Source: Calditrichales bacterium
GTDB lineage: Bacteria; Calditrichota; Calditrichia; Calditrichales; J004
DNA: 64,000 bases
NCBI GenBank assembly: GCA_965267575.1
Contig: OZ254086.1
Coordinates: 1,056,001-1,120,000, forward strand
Direction: 5' to 3'
The translations under genes were made by a program, and so were the position numbers. The notes under the pieces were generated by a model. It had not been told where the DNA came from, searched no databases, and worked only from the letters and a program-made list of their open reading frames with translations. Shown here piece by piece: positions 1 through 11,757 of this stretch (its first letter is position 1; each line of letters starts with the position of its first letter).

Positions 1-1011
1 TCCCAGCACAATGCGCGTCTTGGGTACGCCGACCATCTCCGGCCGCATGATCTCATAAGTGTCGCGGCTTTTTAGCATGCCGTCCTGGTGAATGCCCGCT
101 TCATGCGCAAAGGCGTTGGCGCCCACGATTGCCTTGTTGGGCTGAACCACCATTCCGGTGTAAGCGGAAACCATGCGGCTTGTGTTGTGAATCTGTGTTG
201 TGTCGATGCCCGTGAGACAGCCCATTTTATCTTGACGAACCGCCAGGGCCATCACAATCTCCTCCAGCGCGGCGTTTCCGGCACGCTCACCGATACCGTT
301 GACCGTGCATTCGATCTGGCGCGCGCCGGCTACAATGGCGCTGAGCGAATTGGCCACCGCCAGACCCAGATCATTATGGCAATGCACGCTTAAAACAGTA
401 TTGGCGATACCGGGCACATTTTTTCGCAGCCGGCTGATGATGTCGTGGAACTCGCCGGGCAGCACGTAACCGGTCGTATCGGGTATGTTGATCGTCGTGG
501 CGCCAGCCTCCACCGCCGCAGCCACCACCTCGCAGAGATAACCGATGTCGGTGCGCCCGGCATCCTCGGCGGAAAATTCCACGTCATCGCAGAGGCTGCG
601 CGCGTATTGCACGGCGTCATACGACATTTTCAGCACATAGGCGCGCTTATCCTTCAGCGTGGCGCCGTAACGATCTGCCGAAAACTTACCGCGGATCTGA
701 AAATCCGATGTGGACGAAAAAGTATGAATGCGTTTTTTTGGCGCTTCCTTGAGTGCATCAAAGGCAATTTTGATATCCTTTTTATTGGCCCGTGCCAGCG
801 CGGCGATCGTTGTGTTGACACCGGCCGCGATGCGCTGCACCGCCTCATACTGCCGCGGTGATGAAACGGGGAAGCCGGCCTCAATCACATCCACCCCAAG
901 GCGTTGCAGTTGGTGGGCGATCTCCACTTTTTCGCTAACACTCAGCGAGGCACCGGGGGATTGCTCGCCGTCGCGCAAAGTGGTGTCAAAAATGATGATT
1001 CGTGTATCCAT
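1..1011 (-). CDS. leuA: 2-isopropylmalate synthase (3' end runs off the window)
   Basis: Not in the ORF track. Translated by hand from ATG at 1011 (GGAG upstream): [48 protein letters not shown], the DRE-TIM signature. Follows leuB. Confidence 0.95.
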   Translation of the reverse strand, partial: MDTRIIIFDTTLRDGEQSPGASLSVSEKVEIAHQLQRLGVDVIEAGFPVSSPRQYEAVQRIAAGVNTTIAALARANKKDIKIAFDALKEAPKKRIHTFSSTSDFQIRGKFSADRYGATLKDKRAYVLKMSYDAVQYARSLCDDVEFSAEDAGRTDIGYLCEVVAAAVEAGATTINIPDTTGYVLPGEFHDIISRLRKNVPGIANTVLSVHCHNDLGLAVANSLSAIVAGARQIECTVNGIGERAGNAALEEIVMALAVRQDKMGCLTGIDTTQIHNTSRMVSAYTGMVVQPNKAIVGANAFAHEAGIHQDGMLKSRDTYEIMRPEMVGVPKTRIVLG

Positions 1012-1025
1012 GAAAGCTCCTGGTT

Positions 1026-2123
1026 TTACAGAGTAAATACGCCGACTGCGTCTTCGTTGTAGATTTCTTCGCAGTAAAACAGGATGAGCGACGTCATCTC
1101 ATCGCAGCCGACCAAACGGCTGTCCGGCCCGGCAATATCAACGGTGCGGTAGCCTTTGGCCAGTACGGCTTCGATGGCGTCACGGATGATCTGCGCGGCG
1201 CGCGTCATCTGCAGCTGCTGCTCCAGCATCATTGCCACGGAAGCGATGGCCGCCACAGGGTTGGCCTTATCCTGTCCGGCGATGTCCGGGGCGCTGCCGT
1301 GTACCGGCTCATAAAGAGCGTTGTCTCCGCCCAGGCTGGCCGAGGGCAACATGCCGAGGCTGCCGGTGATCATTCCGGAAATATCGCTTAGGATATCCCC
1401 GAAAAGGTTGGATGTAAGCAGTACGTCAAACTGCCGTGGCTCGCGCACGATCTGCATGGCGGCGTTGTCCACGTACATGTGGCGCAATTCCACATCGGGA
1501 TAGTCCTCGTGAACGTCGTTTACCACATCACGCCAGAACTGCGAACATTCCAGCACGTTGGCTTTGTCCACGGAGGTCACCTGGCCGCGTCGCTGACGGG
1601 CCAGCCGGAATGCCGTCCGGGCAATACGCTCCACATCCGGCCGGCTGTAGCGCATCGTGTTCCAGCCTTCCGACGGGTTGTGGCCGCGCGGCTCGCCAAA
1701 ATAGATGCCGCCGGTCAGTTCACGTACCACCACAAAATCCGTGTCGCGCAATACCTCTTCCTTCAGCGAGGAGGCATTCAGAAAAGAAGAATAAACGGTT
1801 GCCGGGCGCAGATTGGCGTACAGGCCAAGCTCTTTGCGCAGACCCAGCAACGCCGCCTCCGGTTTTAAATTTTGCGGCAACTCTTCCCATTGCGGACCGC
1901 CCACCGCGCCCAGGAAAACAGCGTCGGCATCGCGGCAGGCCTGCAGTGTCTCTTCCGTGAGCGGCTTGCCATATTTCTCGTAAGACGCGCCGCCAATCAG
2001 CTTTTGCTCAAATTCCAGCGAGAGAAAATTACGCTCCGCGGCATGTTCCAAAACCTTCACGGCCGCGGCCGTCACCTCCGGCCCGATGCCGTCACCGGGC
2101 AACAATGTCACCTTGAAATTCAC
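1026..2123 (-). CDS. leuB: 3-isopropylmalate dehydrogenase
   Basis: [19 protein letters not shown] and [12 protein letters not shown] motifs; ilv/leu operon context. Confidence 0.97.
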   Translation of the reverse strand: MNFKVTLLPGDGIGPEVTAAAVKVLEHAAERNFLSLEFEQKLIGGASYEKYGKPLTEETLQACRDADAVFLGAVGGPQWEELPQNLKPEAALLGLRKELGLYANLRPATVYSSFLNASSLKEEVLRDTDFVVVRELTGGIYFGEPRGHNPSEGWNTMRYSRPDVERIARTAFRLARQRRGQVTSVDKANVLECSQFWRDVVNDVHEDYPDVELRHMYVDNAAMQIVREPRQFDVLLTSNLFGDILSDISGMITGSLGMLPSASLGGDNALYEPVHGSAPDIAGQDKANPVAAIASVAMMLEQQLQMTRAAQIIRDAIEAVLAKGYRTVDIAGPDSRLVGCDEMTSLILFYCEEIYNEDAVGVFTL

Positions 2124-3136
2124 GCCTGCACCTCCTGTTTTTTGCGTTTGCCCGTTAACCAGGACATCATGTCGCGCAGTTTGGAGCCCACGCTTTCGAT
2201 GCCGTGCTCGGTGTTGTCTTTGCGCAGCTCTTTCAGCAAGGGCTGACCTTTTTCATTTTCCGCGATCCACTCTTTGGCAAAGCGTCCGTCCTGCACTTCA
2301 TCAAGGATGCGGCGCATCTCTTTCTTTGTCTCCGACGTGATCAGCCGGCTGCCGCGCGTCATGCCGCCATATTCCGCGGTGTCGCTCACCGAGTAATTCA
2401 TGCGCGAAAGACCGCCTTCGTAGTAGAGATCGACGATCAGCTTCATCTCGTGCATACATTCAAAGTAGGCAAGCTCCGGCGGATAGCCTGCTTCCACCAA
2501 TGTTTCATACCCGGCCTTGATCAATGCCGCTGAACCGCCGCACAAGACAGCCTGTTCGCCAAACAGGTCGGTTTCGGTTTCGTCCTTAAAGTTGGTTTCG
2601 ATAACGCCGGCGCGGGTACCGCCGATACCCTGGGCCCAGGCCAGCGCCAGGTTGCGGGCGTTGCCGGAAGGGTCCTGGTGCAGCGCGATCAGGCAGGGCA
2701 CGCCGCTGCCTTCGGTAAATGTGCGTCGTACCAGATGCCCCGGCCCCTTTGGCGCGATCATGATCACGTTAACCTCAGCCGGCGGATGGATCTGACCATA
2801 ATGAATGTTAAAGCCATGGGCGAAAGCAAGCGTATCGCCGGCCTGCAGGTAGGGCGCCACTTCATTTTCATAGACAGATTTCTGATGCTGGTCGGGCAAA
2901 AGCATCATCACGACCTGCGCTTTTTTTGCAGCTTCAGCCACCGGCAGCACCTCCAGTCCGGCCGCTTCGGCTTTCTCCCACGATTTGCTTGTTTTGCGCA
3001 AACCGACGCACACATCAAAACCGCTGTCTTTCAAATTCAAAGCATGGGCATGACCTTGGCTGCCAAATCCCAGCACGGCGATTTTCTGCCCGCGTAAATA
3101 CTCTGCCGATGCGTCTCCGTCATAATAAACCTTCAT
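2120..3136 (-). CDS. ilvC: ketol-acid reductoisomerase
   Basis: [20 protein letters not shown] and [16 protein letters not shown] motifs. Confidence 0.98.
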   Translation of the reverse strand: MKVYYDGDASAEYLRGQKIAVLGFGSQGHAHALNLKDSGFDVCVGLRKTSKSWEKAEAAGLEVLPVAEAAKKAQVVMMLLPDQHQKSVYENEVAPYLQAGDTLAFAHGFNIHYGQIHPPAEVNVIMIAPKGPGHLVRRTFTEGSGVPCLIALHQDPSGNARNLALAWAQGIGGTRAGVIETNFKDETETDLFGEQAVLCGGSAALIKAGYETLVEAGYPPELAYFECMHEMKLIVDLYYEGGLSRMNYSVSDTAEYGGMTRGSRLITSETKKEMRRILDEVQDGRFAKEWIAENEKGQPLLKELRKDNTEHGIESVGSKLRDMMSWLTGKRKKQEVQA

Positions 3137-3247
3137 CTGATATTCCTTTTATTTGATTGTTTTTTGATTGCTTCATTTGTCTGTTTTGTCCGGTTTTCTC
3201 TGCCGCAACGAGAACTCCCTCCACCGAACCGCAAACACCAGCTTGGC

Positions 3248-3277
3248 CTGGATTCCCCATCGGAGTCGGGAATGACA
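3248..3277. repeat. REP-like palindrome, GTCATTCC family
   Basis: CTGGATTCCCCATCGGAGTCGGGAATGACA hairpin between ilvN and ilvC; related to the copy at 31038-31064. Confidence 0.7.
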
Positions 3278-3306
3278 TTTAAGTTCGTTGGAGGGGTTGT
3301 CTTTCT

Positions 3307-3816
3307 TCATGCCGCATTCTCCTCGGTCCATTCCGCCATCTGCTTGCCGCGGCGTAGCGCTACGGTTCCGCTGCGTGCCATTTCACGGATGCCAAACGGC
3401 CTCAGCACGTTCACGATGGCATTGATCTTGGCCGGCGGACCGGTTACTTCCAGCGTCAGCGTGTTGGTGTTGATGTCCACTACTTTGCCACGGAAGATGT
3501 CATTTATATTTTTGATCTCTTCCAGGGCTCCTTTTGAAAAGGCCACTGTGATCAGCGCCAGTTCGCGCTCCACGCAGTCATGCGGGGTAAGGTCAACCAC
3601 TTTGACCGTATCCACGAGGCGGTTGAGCTGCTTTACCACCTGATCGATGATCTTATCGTTGCCGGAGGTAACGATGGTCATGCGCGAGAGATCGCGTATC
3701 TCGGTTTTGCCGATGGTGATGCTGTGCAGGTTAAAGCCCTTGCCGCTGAACATGGTCGCCACGCGATCAAAAGCGCCGAATTTGTTTTCCACCAGAAGTG
3801 ATATCGTGTGTTTCAT
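3307..3816 (-). CDS. ilvN: acetolactate synthase small (regulatory) subunit
   Basis: N-terminal ACT domain (MKHTISLLVENKFG...KQLNRLVD), ERELALI and EMARSG motifs. Confidence 0.96.
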   Translation of the reverse strand: MKHTISLLVENKFGAFDRVATMFSGKGFNLHSITIGKTEIRDLSRMTIVTSGNDKIIDQVVKQLNRLVDTVKVVDLTPHDCVERELALITVAFSKGALEEIKNINDIFRGKVVDINTNTLTLEVTGPPAKINAIVNVLRPFGIREMARSGTVALRRGKQMAEWTEENAA

Positions 3817-3820
3817 AGGC

Positions 3821-5545
3821 TCAAGTCATCCTTTGCGGGTTAAGTCTGTTAACGATCATATCCGAGATGGACGCGCCGGAAGGCACCATGGGGAAAACCA
3901 TGTCCTCCTTCACCACGCGGAATTCCAGCAAGGTCGGTCTGTCGGCGTAGCCAAAGGCCTTTTCCAGCAGACTGTCCACCTCTTCCGGCGAGTCGGTGCG
4001 GAAGGAAGGCAGGCCGAACGCTTCGCCCACTTTCACAAAATCAGGATTGCTGTCGGAGAGATCGGTAAAGCTGTACTTCTCTTCGTAGAACAGTTCCTGC
4101 CATTGGCGCACCATGCCCAGAAAGCTGTTGTTGATAATAATAAAGGTGATGGGCAGCTTGTGGTAAGCGGCTGTTACCAGTTCCTGGATATTCATCTGGA
4201 AACCGCCATCGCCGTTTACGGAAATAACGCGCTTGCCGGGCATGGCAAAAGCAGCACCGATGGCCGCCGGAACGGAAAAGCCCATGGTGCCCAGGCCGCC
4301 GCTGGTAACATTTGTGCGCGGGTGGTTGAACTTGTAATACTGCGCCGTCCACATCTGATGCTGGCCTACGTCGGTAACAACCACCGCGTTGCCGCCGGTC
4401 TTTTCAGAGATGCGCTCCAGCACCAGTTCCGTGCGCAGCTTGCCGTCGTATCTTTCATAGTCCAACGGACAATCCTCACGCCAGCCGTTTATCTGTTCAT
4501 GCCAGGCCGAGGTGTCCGGCAGTTGATGTGTGCGCAGCTCAGCCAGCAGCTCGCTCATCACCTGGCGCACATCGCCCACAACCGGCAGATCCACCACCAC
4601 ATTTTTATCAATAGCCGAAGGGTCAATATCCACGTGGATTTTGTAGGCATCCGGCGCGAATGTTTCGATCTTGCCGGTCACACGGTCGTCGAAGCGGGCG
4701 CCCAATGCCACCAGCACATCGCATTGATTGACGGCCTGGTTGGCCCAATAGGTGCCATGCATACCCAGCATACCCAGCGATTGCGGATCCGTGCCGGGAA
4801 AAGCGCCAAGGCCCTGCAATGTCATCGTTACAGGAAAATTGCCGTGCCGCGCCAGGGCCCGCAGTTCTTCCGCGCCGCCGGACATGATGACGCCACCGCC
4901 CACATAAAACAGGGGCCGCTGCGCGTTGGCCAGAACCTCGGCCGCCTTTTTGATCTGCACACGGTGACCATTGTAGGTCGGACGGTAGCCGCGGATATCC
5001 ACAAGGTTGGGGTATTCGAATGGGCAGCTGTCCATGGTCACGTCCTTAGGCAGGTCCACAACCACGGGTCCGGGCCGTCCGCTGGCCGCGATGTAAAAAG
5101 CTTCGCGGATCGTTCGTGCCAGATCGCGCACATCACGCACGAGGTAATTGTGCTTGGTGATCGGACGGGTAATGCCGACAATATCCGCTTCCTGGAAGGC
5201 ATCGTTGCCGATCAGGTGCGTGGGTACCTGGCCGGTAAATACAACCACCGGCACGGAATCCATATAGGCGTCAGCAATACCGGTCACCGTGTTGGTGGCG
5301 CCGGGCCCGGAAGTAACCAGGACCACGCCCACTTTGCCGGTTACCTTGGCGTAGCCCTCGGCCATGTGTACCGCGCCCTGCTCGTGGCGGCACAACACAT
5401 GCTGCAGAAAATCCACGTCGTACAACTTTTCATAAATCTTGAGATTGGCCCCTCCGGGGTAGCCAAAGATATGCTCCACGCCTTCGCGTTTGAGGCATTC
5501 AAAAAATATTTCCGCTCCTGTATAGGTCCGGTTTTTATCACTCAT
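3821..5545 (-). CDS. ilvB: acetolactate synthase large subunit
   Basis: [29 protein letters not shown] and the TPP-binding GDGGFQMN motif. Confidence 0.98.
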   Translation of the reverse strand: MSDKNRTYTGAEIFFECLKREGVEHIFGYPGGANLKIYEKLYDVDFLQHVLCRHEQGAVHMAEGYAKVTGKVGVVLVTSGPGATNTVTGIADAYMDSVPVVVFTGQVPTHLIGNDAFQEADIVGITRPITKHNYLVRDVRDLARTIREAFYIAASGRPGPVVVDLPKDVTMDSCPFEYPNLVDIRGYRPTYNGHRVQIKKAAEVLANAQRPLFYVGGGVIMSGGAEELRALARHGNFPVTMTLQGLGAFPGTDPQSLGMLGMHGTYWANQAVNQCDVLVALGARFDDRVTGKIETFAPDAYKIHVDIDPSAIDKNVVVDLPVVGDVRQVMSELLAELRTHQLPDTSAWHEQINGWREDCPLDYERYDGKLRTELVLERISEKTGGNAVVVTDVGQHQMWTAQYYKFNHPRTNVTSGGLGTMGFSVPAAIGAAFAMPGKRVISVNGDGGFQMNIQELVTAAYHKLPITFIIINNSFLGMVRQWQELFYEEKYSFTDLSDSNPDFVKVGEAFGLPSFRTDSPEEVDSLLEKAFGYADRPTLLEFRVVKEDMVFPMVPSGASISDMIVNRLNPQRMT

Positions 5546-7254
5546 GGCAGCTCCTTTTGCAGTTGTTCGATTGCAGGGTTGCGCAGCACGGCGCCCGTGC
5601 TGGCCGAGGTTACCAGGTGCGTGTAGCGCGCCAGGTAGCCGCGTTTTATTTTGGGTTGAAAGGGTTGCAGCTTTTGCAGGCGAAAAGCGATTTCCTCATC
5701 GCTGAGACGCACATTGAGGCTGCAATTGGGAATGTCGATATCGATAATGTCGCCCTCTTCCAGTGCGGCAATCGGGCCACGGGCGGCTGCCTCGGGGGAC
5801 ACGTGGCCGATGCAGGCGCCGCGCGTGCCGCCGGAAAAACGGCCGTCGGTAATCAGGGCAACTTTGCTGCCCAGGCCGCGACCCATAATGGCCGATGTGG
5901 GGGCCAGCATTTCGGGCATGCCCGGTCCGCCGCGCGGTCCTTCATAGCGGATCACCACCACATCGCCAGGCCGTATCTCATCGCCAGCGATGGCGGCTAA
6001 AGCCTCATCCTGGGAGTCAAAAAGACGTACCGGGCCGCTGTGTACCATCATCTCCGGATCCACGGCTCCGGTTTTTACCACCGAGCCTTGCGGCGCCAGG
6101 TTGCCAAACAAAACGGCCAGGCCACCGCGCCCGGAATAGGGTGCGCTCACGGGACGGATCACATCGGCGTTTTTTATGGCAGCGCCGGCGATATTTTCAC
6201 CGAGCGTTTTGCCTGTTACCGTCAAAGCAGATGTATCCAGTACGCCGTCCAGCTTGCTCAATTCATTAAGGATTGCTGAAATGCCGCCGGCGGCATCCAC
6301 GTCTTCCATATGCACAAAGGGCGTGGCGGGACTGACTTTGCAGATATAGGGTACCTGTTCGGCCACTTCGTTCAACATGGCCAGGTCAATTTCGATGCCG
6401 GCTTCGCGGGCAATCGCCAGCGTGTGCAAAATGGTGTTGGTGCTGCCGCCCATAGCCATATCCAGGGCGAAGGCGTTTTTAAAAACAGCCGGCGAAAGTA
6501 TGTCCGATGGTTTGATATCTTTTTCGACGAGGTAAAGCAGTTGCCTCGACGCCTGGCGGGCAAGCTCTTCACGTTTGGGATCTACCGCCAAAACCGAACC
6601 GTTGCCGGGAAGGGCGAGACCCAGAGCCTCCATCAGGCAGTTCATCGAGTTGGCCGTAAACATCCCGGAGCAGGAGCCGCAGGTTGGGCAGCCGTTATCT
6701 TCGAGAAGCTTCAACTCCTCATCACCGATTTCCCCGCGCTGGTGTTTGCTGACGCCTTCAAACACGGAGATAAGGTCGACCTTGTTGCCGTCGGGCAGAC
6801 GCCCGGCCTTCATCGGCCCGCCGGAGACAAAGATGACGGGCACATCGAGACGCACCGCGGCCATCAGCATGCCGGGCACAATTTTATCGCAGTTGGTCAG
6901 GCAAATGATGCCATCGAGCCGGTGCGCTTCCACCACGGTTTCCACGCTGTCGGCGATCAGCTCTCGGCTGGCCAGTGAATAGCGCATGCCGATGTGGCCC
7001 ATGGCAATGCCGTCATCCACGCCGATGGTATTAAATTCAAAGGGAATGCCCCCGGCTTCGCGGATGGCTTCTTTCACAATCCTGCCAAAACCCTGCAGGT
7101 GCACGTGGCCGGGAATCAGATCGATGTAGGAATTGCAGACGCCAACAAAGGGGCGCTGAAAATCGTCATCACTGCGGATTACACCGGTGGCCTTTAACAG
7201 GCTGCGGTGCGGGGAGCGTTCAAAGCCCTTTTTAATAAGATCGGATCGCAACAT
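5542..7254 (-). CDS. ilvD: dihydroxy-acid dehydratase
   Basis: [33 protein letters not shown] and ITDGRFSG motifs. Confidence 0.98.
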   Translation of the reverse strand: MLRSDLIKKGFERSPHRSLLKATGVIRSDDDFQRPFVGVCNSYIDLIPGHVHLQGFGRIVKEAIREAGGIPFEFNTIGVDDGIAMGHIGMRYSLASRELIADSVETVVEAHRLDGIICLTNCDKIVPGMLMAAVRLDVPVIFVSGGPMKAGRLPDGNKVDLISVFEGVSKHQRGEIGDEELKLLEDNGCPTCGSCSGMFTANSMNCLMEALGLALPGNGSVLAVDPKREELARQASRQLLYLVEKDIKPSDILSPAVFKNAFALDMAMGGSTNTILHTLAIAREAGIEIDLAMLNEVAEQVPYICKVSPATPFVHMEDVDAAGGISAILNELSKLDGVLDTSALTVTGKTLGENIAGAAIKNADVIRPVSAPYSGRGGLAVLFGNLAPQGSVVKTGAVDPEMMVHSGPVRLFDSQDEALAAIAGDEIRPGDVVVIRYEGPRGGPGMPEMLAPTSAIMGRGLGSKVALITDGRFSGGTRGACIGHVSPEAAARGPIAALEEGDIIDIDIPNCSLNVRLSDEEIAFRLQKLQPFQPKIKRGYLARYTHLVTSASTGAVLRNPAIEQLQKELP

Positions 7255-7373
7255 CCACCTCCAAAAAGGACCTTCAGATATAGCGCTTCCATCGGGGTCA
7301 ACCCCGATTCCGTTCTATTTTGCTTGTGATGTAGTTATTAGAAAAGTATGTAGTTCGGGATTGACCAGTATTT

Positions 7374-7514
7374 TTAGCCCACAATAATTAGGCTAATAAT
7401 AATAATCCCGACGAGAAGGAGAATATCTAAAGGAAGGTTAATCAGACGCACAGCAAGGCCGTTCACAGCGATAGCTGTGTTGGGAAGAATATTTATGTAG
7501 TTGGCCGTGTGCAT
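7374..7514 (-). CDS. putative ilv-leu operon leader (attenuator) peptide, 46 aa
   Basis: Hand translation MHTANYINILPNTAIAVNGLAVRLINLPLDILLLVGIIIISLIIVG*. 24 of 46 residues are I/L/V. It ends about 120 nt upstream of ilvD on the same strand. Confidence 0.8.
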   Translation of the reverse strand: MHTANYINILPNTAIAVNGLAVRLINLPLDILLLVGIIIISLIIVG

Positions 7515-7706
7515 CGTTAAAAAGTTTGCTTGTTTATTTGTTGACGGAAACGTTACCGCATTATTTTAACAATGTCAAATATTTTTATCAAAAAACTTAA
7601 TAATTAAATATTTGAAGCAAAACGCTTTATGATAATGGAATAACCAAAGTAGTTTATCAACAAAACGGCTTTGTGTCAACGGCAGTTTTCAGACAGAAGA
7701 ATCGAT

Positions 7707-9170
7707 TTAGCGGGAGGTCTTTTTTCCGGTTAAAAGGCTGACGACTACAGTCAGAATAAAGCTTAAAATAAACGCCGGCACCAGCTCGTACATCTGGCTT
7801 TTCAGGGCGGGGATATTGTACCACAAAAGCGTAACGACCGTGCCGCTGATAACTCCGGCAAAGACCCCGGCGCGTGTAGTCTTTTTCCAGAATAAGGCGA
7901 GAATGGAGGTTGGCCCCAGCGCTGCGCCCAAACCGGCCCAGGCAAACAGCACCAGCCAAAGCACCAGTTCGCTGGCACCCAGAGCAAGAACAATTGAAAT
8001 CAATACAAGGATCAACACGGCAATGCGACTGTAGAGGACCAGCTTTTTTTCGGGCAAGGGCTTGTCTTTGCGAACGACCTTTTCGTAGATGTCGCGGATA
8101 ACGCTTGAGGCAGCCACAAGTAGCTGGGAATCGGCAGTGGACATGATGGCCGCGAAGACCGAGGCGATAACAACGCCAAAAATAGCGGGATGTAAATGGT
8201 CACGTGCCAAAAGAGGAAATAGTTGCTCGGGATCGGAACCGGGCAGCATGGATATATCACCGTAATAGCTGCGCCCGACCCAACCGATGGCCAGCGCACC
8301 GACTCCCATCAGCACATTCCAGGTTGTCCCGACGATACCGGCAAAGCGCAATTTTTCGGCGCTGTCTATGGACATATAGCGGGAAATAATATGCGGGTTA
8401 CCGGGTGATCCGAAACCAATGCCGAGATAACCGATGATGCCCCCCGCCGCAAAGGCAAAAGGATCCATAAAGGATGGGTCGTAAGTCTGCAAAACAACAC
8501 CGACTACGCTGAAACCACCGGCATCAAACAAAGCGATCAGCGGCAGGAACAGGAGGGCAAAAATCATAAATACAGCCTGTACCACGTCAGTGAGGCTTAC
8601 GGCGAGAAAACCACCCACAACAGTATACACAAGAATAATTGCAGCAGTGATCAGAACGCCGTTATCTTGCTGCACACCGAAGCTGCCGGCAAAGGCCTTT
8701 CCACCGCCTACAAGCTGCGCGCCCACATAACTCACCATAAAAATCAGGATGACGATGGCCAGCGTTACGCGCAAAGCTCCGGAGCGGTCTGTGAAACGTT
8801 CAGCAAAAAAATCCGGCACGGTTATGCAGTCATGCTCTTCGCTGAAACGGCGCAATCGGGGAGCATAATAAAAAAAGAGCCATAGCTCGACTACCGTATA
8901 GCCGAGTACGGCCCATAATGCGGGCGCACCGATTTTCCAGGCCAGGCCGGTAACACCCAGCAAAAGCCAGCTGCTACGGCCGGAAACAACGGCGGAAAGG
9001 GCAACCACAAAACGGTTCATTTTGCGGCCGCCGATAAAAAAGTGGCCGATGCCCTGAGATGAAAAGCGCGCGGCATACACGCCCAAGCCGCTTATCAGCA
9101 GCAGATAGCCGACAAATGCCGCGATCGCCCATCTGTTAAATTCAAGTTCTGTAAGTGCGCCCGTCTCCAT
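7707..9170 (-). CDS. sodium:solute symporter, PutP-like (Na+/proline)
   Basis: About 13 TM segments; FFIGGR, SGRSSWLLLG, GGFLAVSLTD and AAIMSTADSQLL SSS-family motifs. Confidence 0.88.
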   Translation of the reverse strand: METGALTELEFNRWAIAAFVGYLLLISGLGVYAARFSSQGIGHFFIGGRKMNRFVVALSAVVSGRSSWLLLGVTGLAWKIGAPALWAVLGYTVVELWLFFYYAPRLRRFSEEHDCITVPDFFAERFTDRSGALRVTLAIVILIFMVSYVGAQLVGGGKAFAGSFGVQQDNGVLITAAIILVYTVVGGFLAVSLTDVVQAVFMIFALLFLPLIALFDAGGFSVVGVVLQTYDPSFMDPFAFAAGGIIGYLGIGFGSPGNPHIISRYMSIDSAEKLRFAGIVGTTWNVLMGVGALAIGWVGRSYYGDISMLPGSDPEQLFPLLARDHLHPAIFGVVIASVFAAIMSTADSQLLVAASSVIRDIYEKVVRKDKPLPEKKLVLYSRIAVLILVLISIVLALGASELVLWLVLFAWAGLGAALGPTSILALFWKKTTRAGVFAGVISGTVVTLLWYNIPALKSQMYELVPAFILSFILTVVVSLLTGKKTSR

Positions 9171-9184
9171 ACGTCAGAATTAAA

Positions 9185-9469
9185 TCAGAACTTTTTGGAG
9201 GCCTTGTCCAGCGCTTTCTTCATCTGTACCCAGCTCTTGTCCAGCCCCTTACTGATCTCCTTCCAGGCCGCGTCGCTGGATTTGCGCAATTCATCGAGCC
9301 TCTTGCCCAGTGTATCGCGCTGCTTGCGCAAGTCCTTGATCTGGGTTTGTAACTCCTTGCCCCAGCTCTCGCGCGATTTGGAAGCTTTATCGCGCAGGAC
9401 ATCAAGCTCTTTGTCCCACTCTTTGAGCTGCTCGGAAAGCTTGTTTAAATATGTACTTTTGTCTGCCAT
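9185..9469 (-). CDS. small coiled-coil protein of unknown function
   Basis: Likely start ATG 9469 (MADKSTYLNKLSEQLKEWD...) after a purine-rich RBS; K/E-rich amphipathic helices. Confidence 0.75.
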   Translation of the reverse strand: MADKSTYLNKLSEQLKEWDKELDVLRDKASKSRESWGKELQTQIKDLRKQRDTLGKRLDELRKSSDAAWKEISKGLDKSWVQMKKALDKASKKF

Positions 9470-9485
9470 ATCTCTTCTCCTTTGG

Positions 9486-10106
9486 TTACTCCGCCTTGAT
9501 GTCATCACTGTCAATTATGTGACAGCCTTTTTCTTTCATTTCTTCGATTGCTTTTTCGGCATCACCTTCATTCATGTTAACGGCCCGCACACCATCCTTA
9601 ACGATGTAAGTTTCAAAGCCCAGTTCGCGGGCATCCAGTGCACTGAATTTTATACAATAATCCGTCGCCAGTCCACACATGTAAACGCGATCAACGCCTT
9701 TTTCTTTCAGATAGTCTCCAAGGCCGGTCGCCTTGCGGTGGCCGTTATCAAAAAAACCGCTGTAGCTGTCTATGTTTTTCTCCGTTCCTTTATAGAAAAC
9801 TTTATCAATTTTTTCTGTATTCAGATCTTCATGAAATTCCGCACCGTGCGTTCCTTCAACGCAATGCACCGGCCAGAGAATCTGATCCAGTCCGTCCAGA
9901 TCAATCACTTCTCCAACATCCTTGCCGGGATGGTTGGCCGCGAAACTGCCGTGATCCTCCGGGTGCGTGTCACGCGTGGCAACGATCAGGTCAAATTTAT
10001 CCTGCAGTTTGTTGGCCACGGGCACGACTTTGTCGCCGTCTTTGGCGGCCAGCGCGCCTCCAGGCATAAAATCATATTGAATGTCAATTAGTAACAGGGC
10101 TCTCAT
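9486..10106 (-). CDS. pncA: nicotinamidase/pyrazinamidase
   Basis: Start at MRALLLIDIQYDFMPGGAL; DTHPEDHGSF, LWPVHCV and GLATDYC motifs; adjacent to pncB. Confidence 0.95.
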   Translation of the reverse strand: MRALLLIDIQYDFMPGGALAAKDGDKVVPVANKLQDKFDLIVATRDTHPEDHGSFAANHPGKDVGEVIDLDGLDQILWPVHCVEGTHGAEFHEDLNTEKIDKVFYKGTEKNIDSYSGFFDNGHRKATGLGDYLKEKGVDRVYMCGLATDYCIKFSALDARELGFETYIVKDGVRAVNMNEGDAEKAIEEMKEKGCHIIDSDDIKAE

Positions 10107-11592
10107 TCTTTTCACCTTTCTCTTTTGAAGCATGGCCGCGCGCCTCCAGCACAAGACGCGTTTTCAACTCGTGCAGCTTTTCTTCCAGACCCACGGGGTA
10201 TTGATGGGGATTTACAAATCGCTTTATTCCCCGGTGAAATTTCTTTAAGACAGCACTGCGCTTTTTGCGGATCTCCTCCAGCGAAGGTTTTTTATAAACG
10301 CATTTACCGCTACGAAAAACCGGCTGCAGTAAATCTCTTCTTTCATAGCCGTCAGAAAATGTTTTGCGTCGTGTCGCATCGACGGGATCCACTATTGTAC
10401 AACTCTCCTCGACACCGAGGCGTTCATCGTAAATGGCATCACCCTTGTATTCGCCGTCCTTTTCAAAACGGCGGATTTGCATAATGCCGGGGTTTGAAAT
10501 TTTGATTGCCTGTTCGGACAACTTGAGCTTGTATTGCCACTCACCGTTCTCGTTAAGCGCCGTCAGCTTGTACACACCGCCCAGCGCCGGCTGATCGTAA
10601 GCTGTGGCCAGTTTTGTACCCACGCCCCACACATCGATTTTGGCGTCCTGGTCATTAAGACTTAAAATAATGTGTTCATCAAGGTCGTTGCTGGCAAAAA
10701 TCTTTGCATCCTTAAAGCCCGCTTCATCCATAATGCGTCTTGCCTCAATACTCAGGTATGCCAGGTCGCCGGAGTCGAGCCGGACACCAACCATTTCGTG
10801 GCCTTTTTCGCGCAGCACTTTGCCCATTTCAACAGCGTTTTTAACACCCTGGATCGTGTCATACGTATCTACCAGGAAAATGCAGTTGTTGGGCTGTGCT
10901 TCGGCATAGGCGCGGAATGATTCCATTTCATTGTCAAAGGTCATCACCCAGCTGTGGGCATGCGTACCTTTTACCGGAATGTTATACAGCTTGCCGGCCA
11001 GCACATTGGACGTGGCCGCGCAACCGCCAATATACGCGGCCCGGCTTACGGACAATCCGCCGTCTATGCCGTGGGCGCGGCGCAAACCGAATTCCAGCAC
11101 AGGCTGATCTTTTGCCGCCTGACAAACGCGCGCTGCCTTTGTCGCAATCAGGGACTGAAAATTAAGGATTGTAAGCAGCGGCGTTTCCAGAAGCTGGCAT
11201 TGGATTATCGGGCCCTTGACCCGTATCAGCGATTCGTGCGGGAAAACCACGTCGCCCTCTTCAACGGCATCGATATCACAGCTCAACTGCAGCGCGGCCA
11301 GGTAGTCCAGGAACGCCTGATCAAAGATAGGCTTATCGTCGCTGCCCTTTAGCCCGGCAAGATATTCCAGGTCTTCATCGTTAAAGGAAAAGCGCTCCAG
11401 AAAATCGATAGCCTGCTCCAAACCGGCGGCGATGGTATACCCACCCTCAAAAGGGTTTTCCCTGAAAAAAAGACTAAAAACGGCTCGCGCGTTCCTTTTT
11501 TCAGTCTTCCAGTAACCGTAGGCCATGCTTAACTGGTAAAAGTCGGTCAGCAGAGCCAGGGAATCACGATAAAGTGTTTTCAAAATATTCAT
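10084..11592 (-). CDS. pncB: nicotinate phosphoribosyltransferase
   Basis: LLTDFYQLSM, EFGLRRAH, GTHAHSWV, GVRLDSGDL and GGVYKL motifs. Confidence 0.96.
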   Translation of the reverse strand: MNILKTLYRDSLALLTDFYQLSMAYGYWKTEKRNARAVFSLFFRENPFEGGYTIAAGLEQAIDFLERFSFNDEDLEYLAGLKGSDDKPIFDQAFLDYLAALQLSCDIDAVEEGDVVFPHESLIRVKGPIIQCQLLETPLLTILNFQSLIATKAARVCQAAKDQPVLEFGLRRAHGIDGGLSVSRAAYIGGCAATSNVLAGKLYNIPVKGTHAHSWVMTFDNEMESFRAYAEAQPNNCIFLVDTYDTIQGVKNAVEMGKVLREKGHEMVGVRLDSGDLAYLSIEARRIMDEAGFKDAKIFASNDLDEHIILSLNDQDAKIDVWGVGTKLATAYDQPALGGVYKLTALNENGEWQYKLKLSEQAIKISNPGIMQIRRFEKDGEYKGDAIYDERLGVEESCTIVDPVDATRRKTFSDGYERRDLLQPVFRSGKCVYKKPSLEEIRKKRSAVLKKFHRGIKRFVNPHQYPVGLEEKLHELKTRLVLEARGHASKEKGEKNESPVTN

Positions 11593-11757
11593 GTTTTAGA
11601 TGGTGCACGTGTTTTAAGATAATAAACTTTAAGTCCGCTAAAAACAGTCCCTTAATTAACATTATCAAGATAGCTGCAAGGGGTTGGTCTAATAAGTAAA
11701 GTGATTAACACAAAGACGGGTGGGGGTGGCCTTATCCAGATGAAAACAACTAAAGTA

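Noticed and set aside
3647-5626. 659-aa plus-strand ORF
   Set aside because: Antisense shadow of ilvB/ilvN with no recognisable motifs; expected from codon bias.
11695-11715. NrtR-type GT-N7-AC box upstream of pncB
   Set aside because: The core GTGATTAACAC is present but its flanks are not palindromic, and no nrtR gene is nearby.
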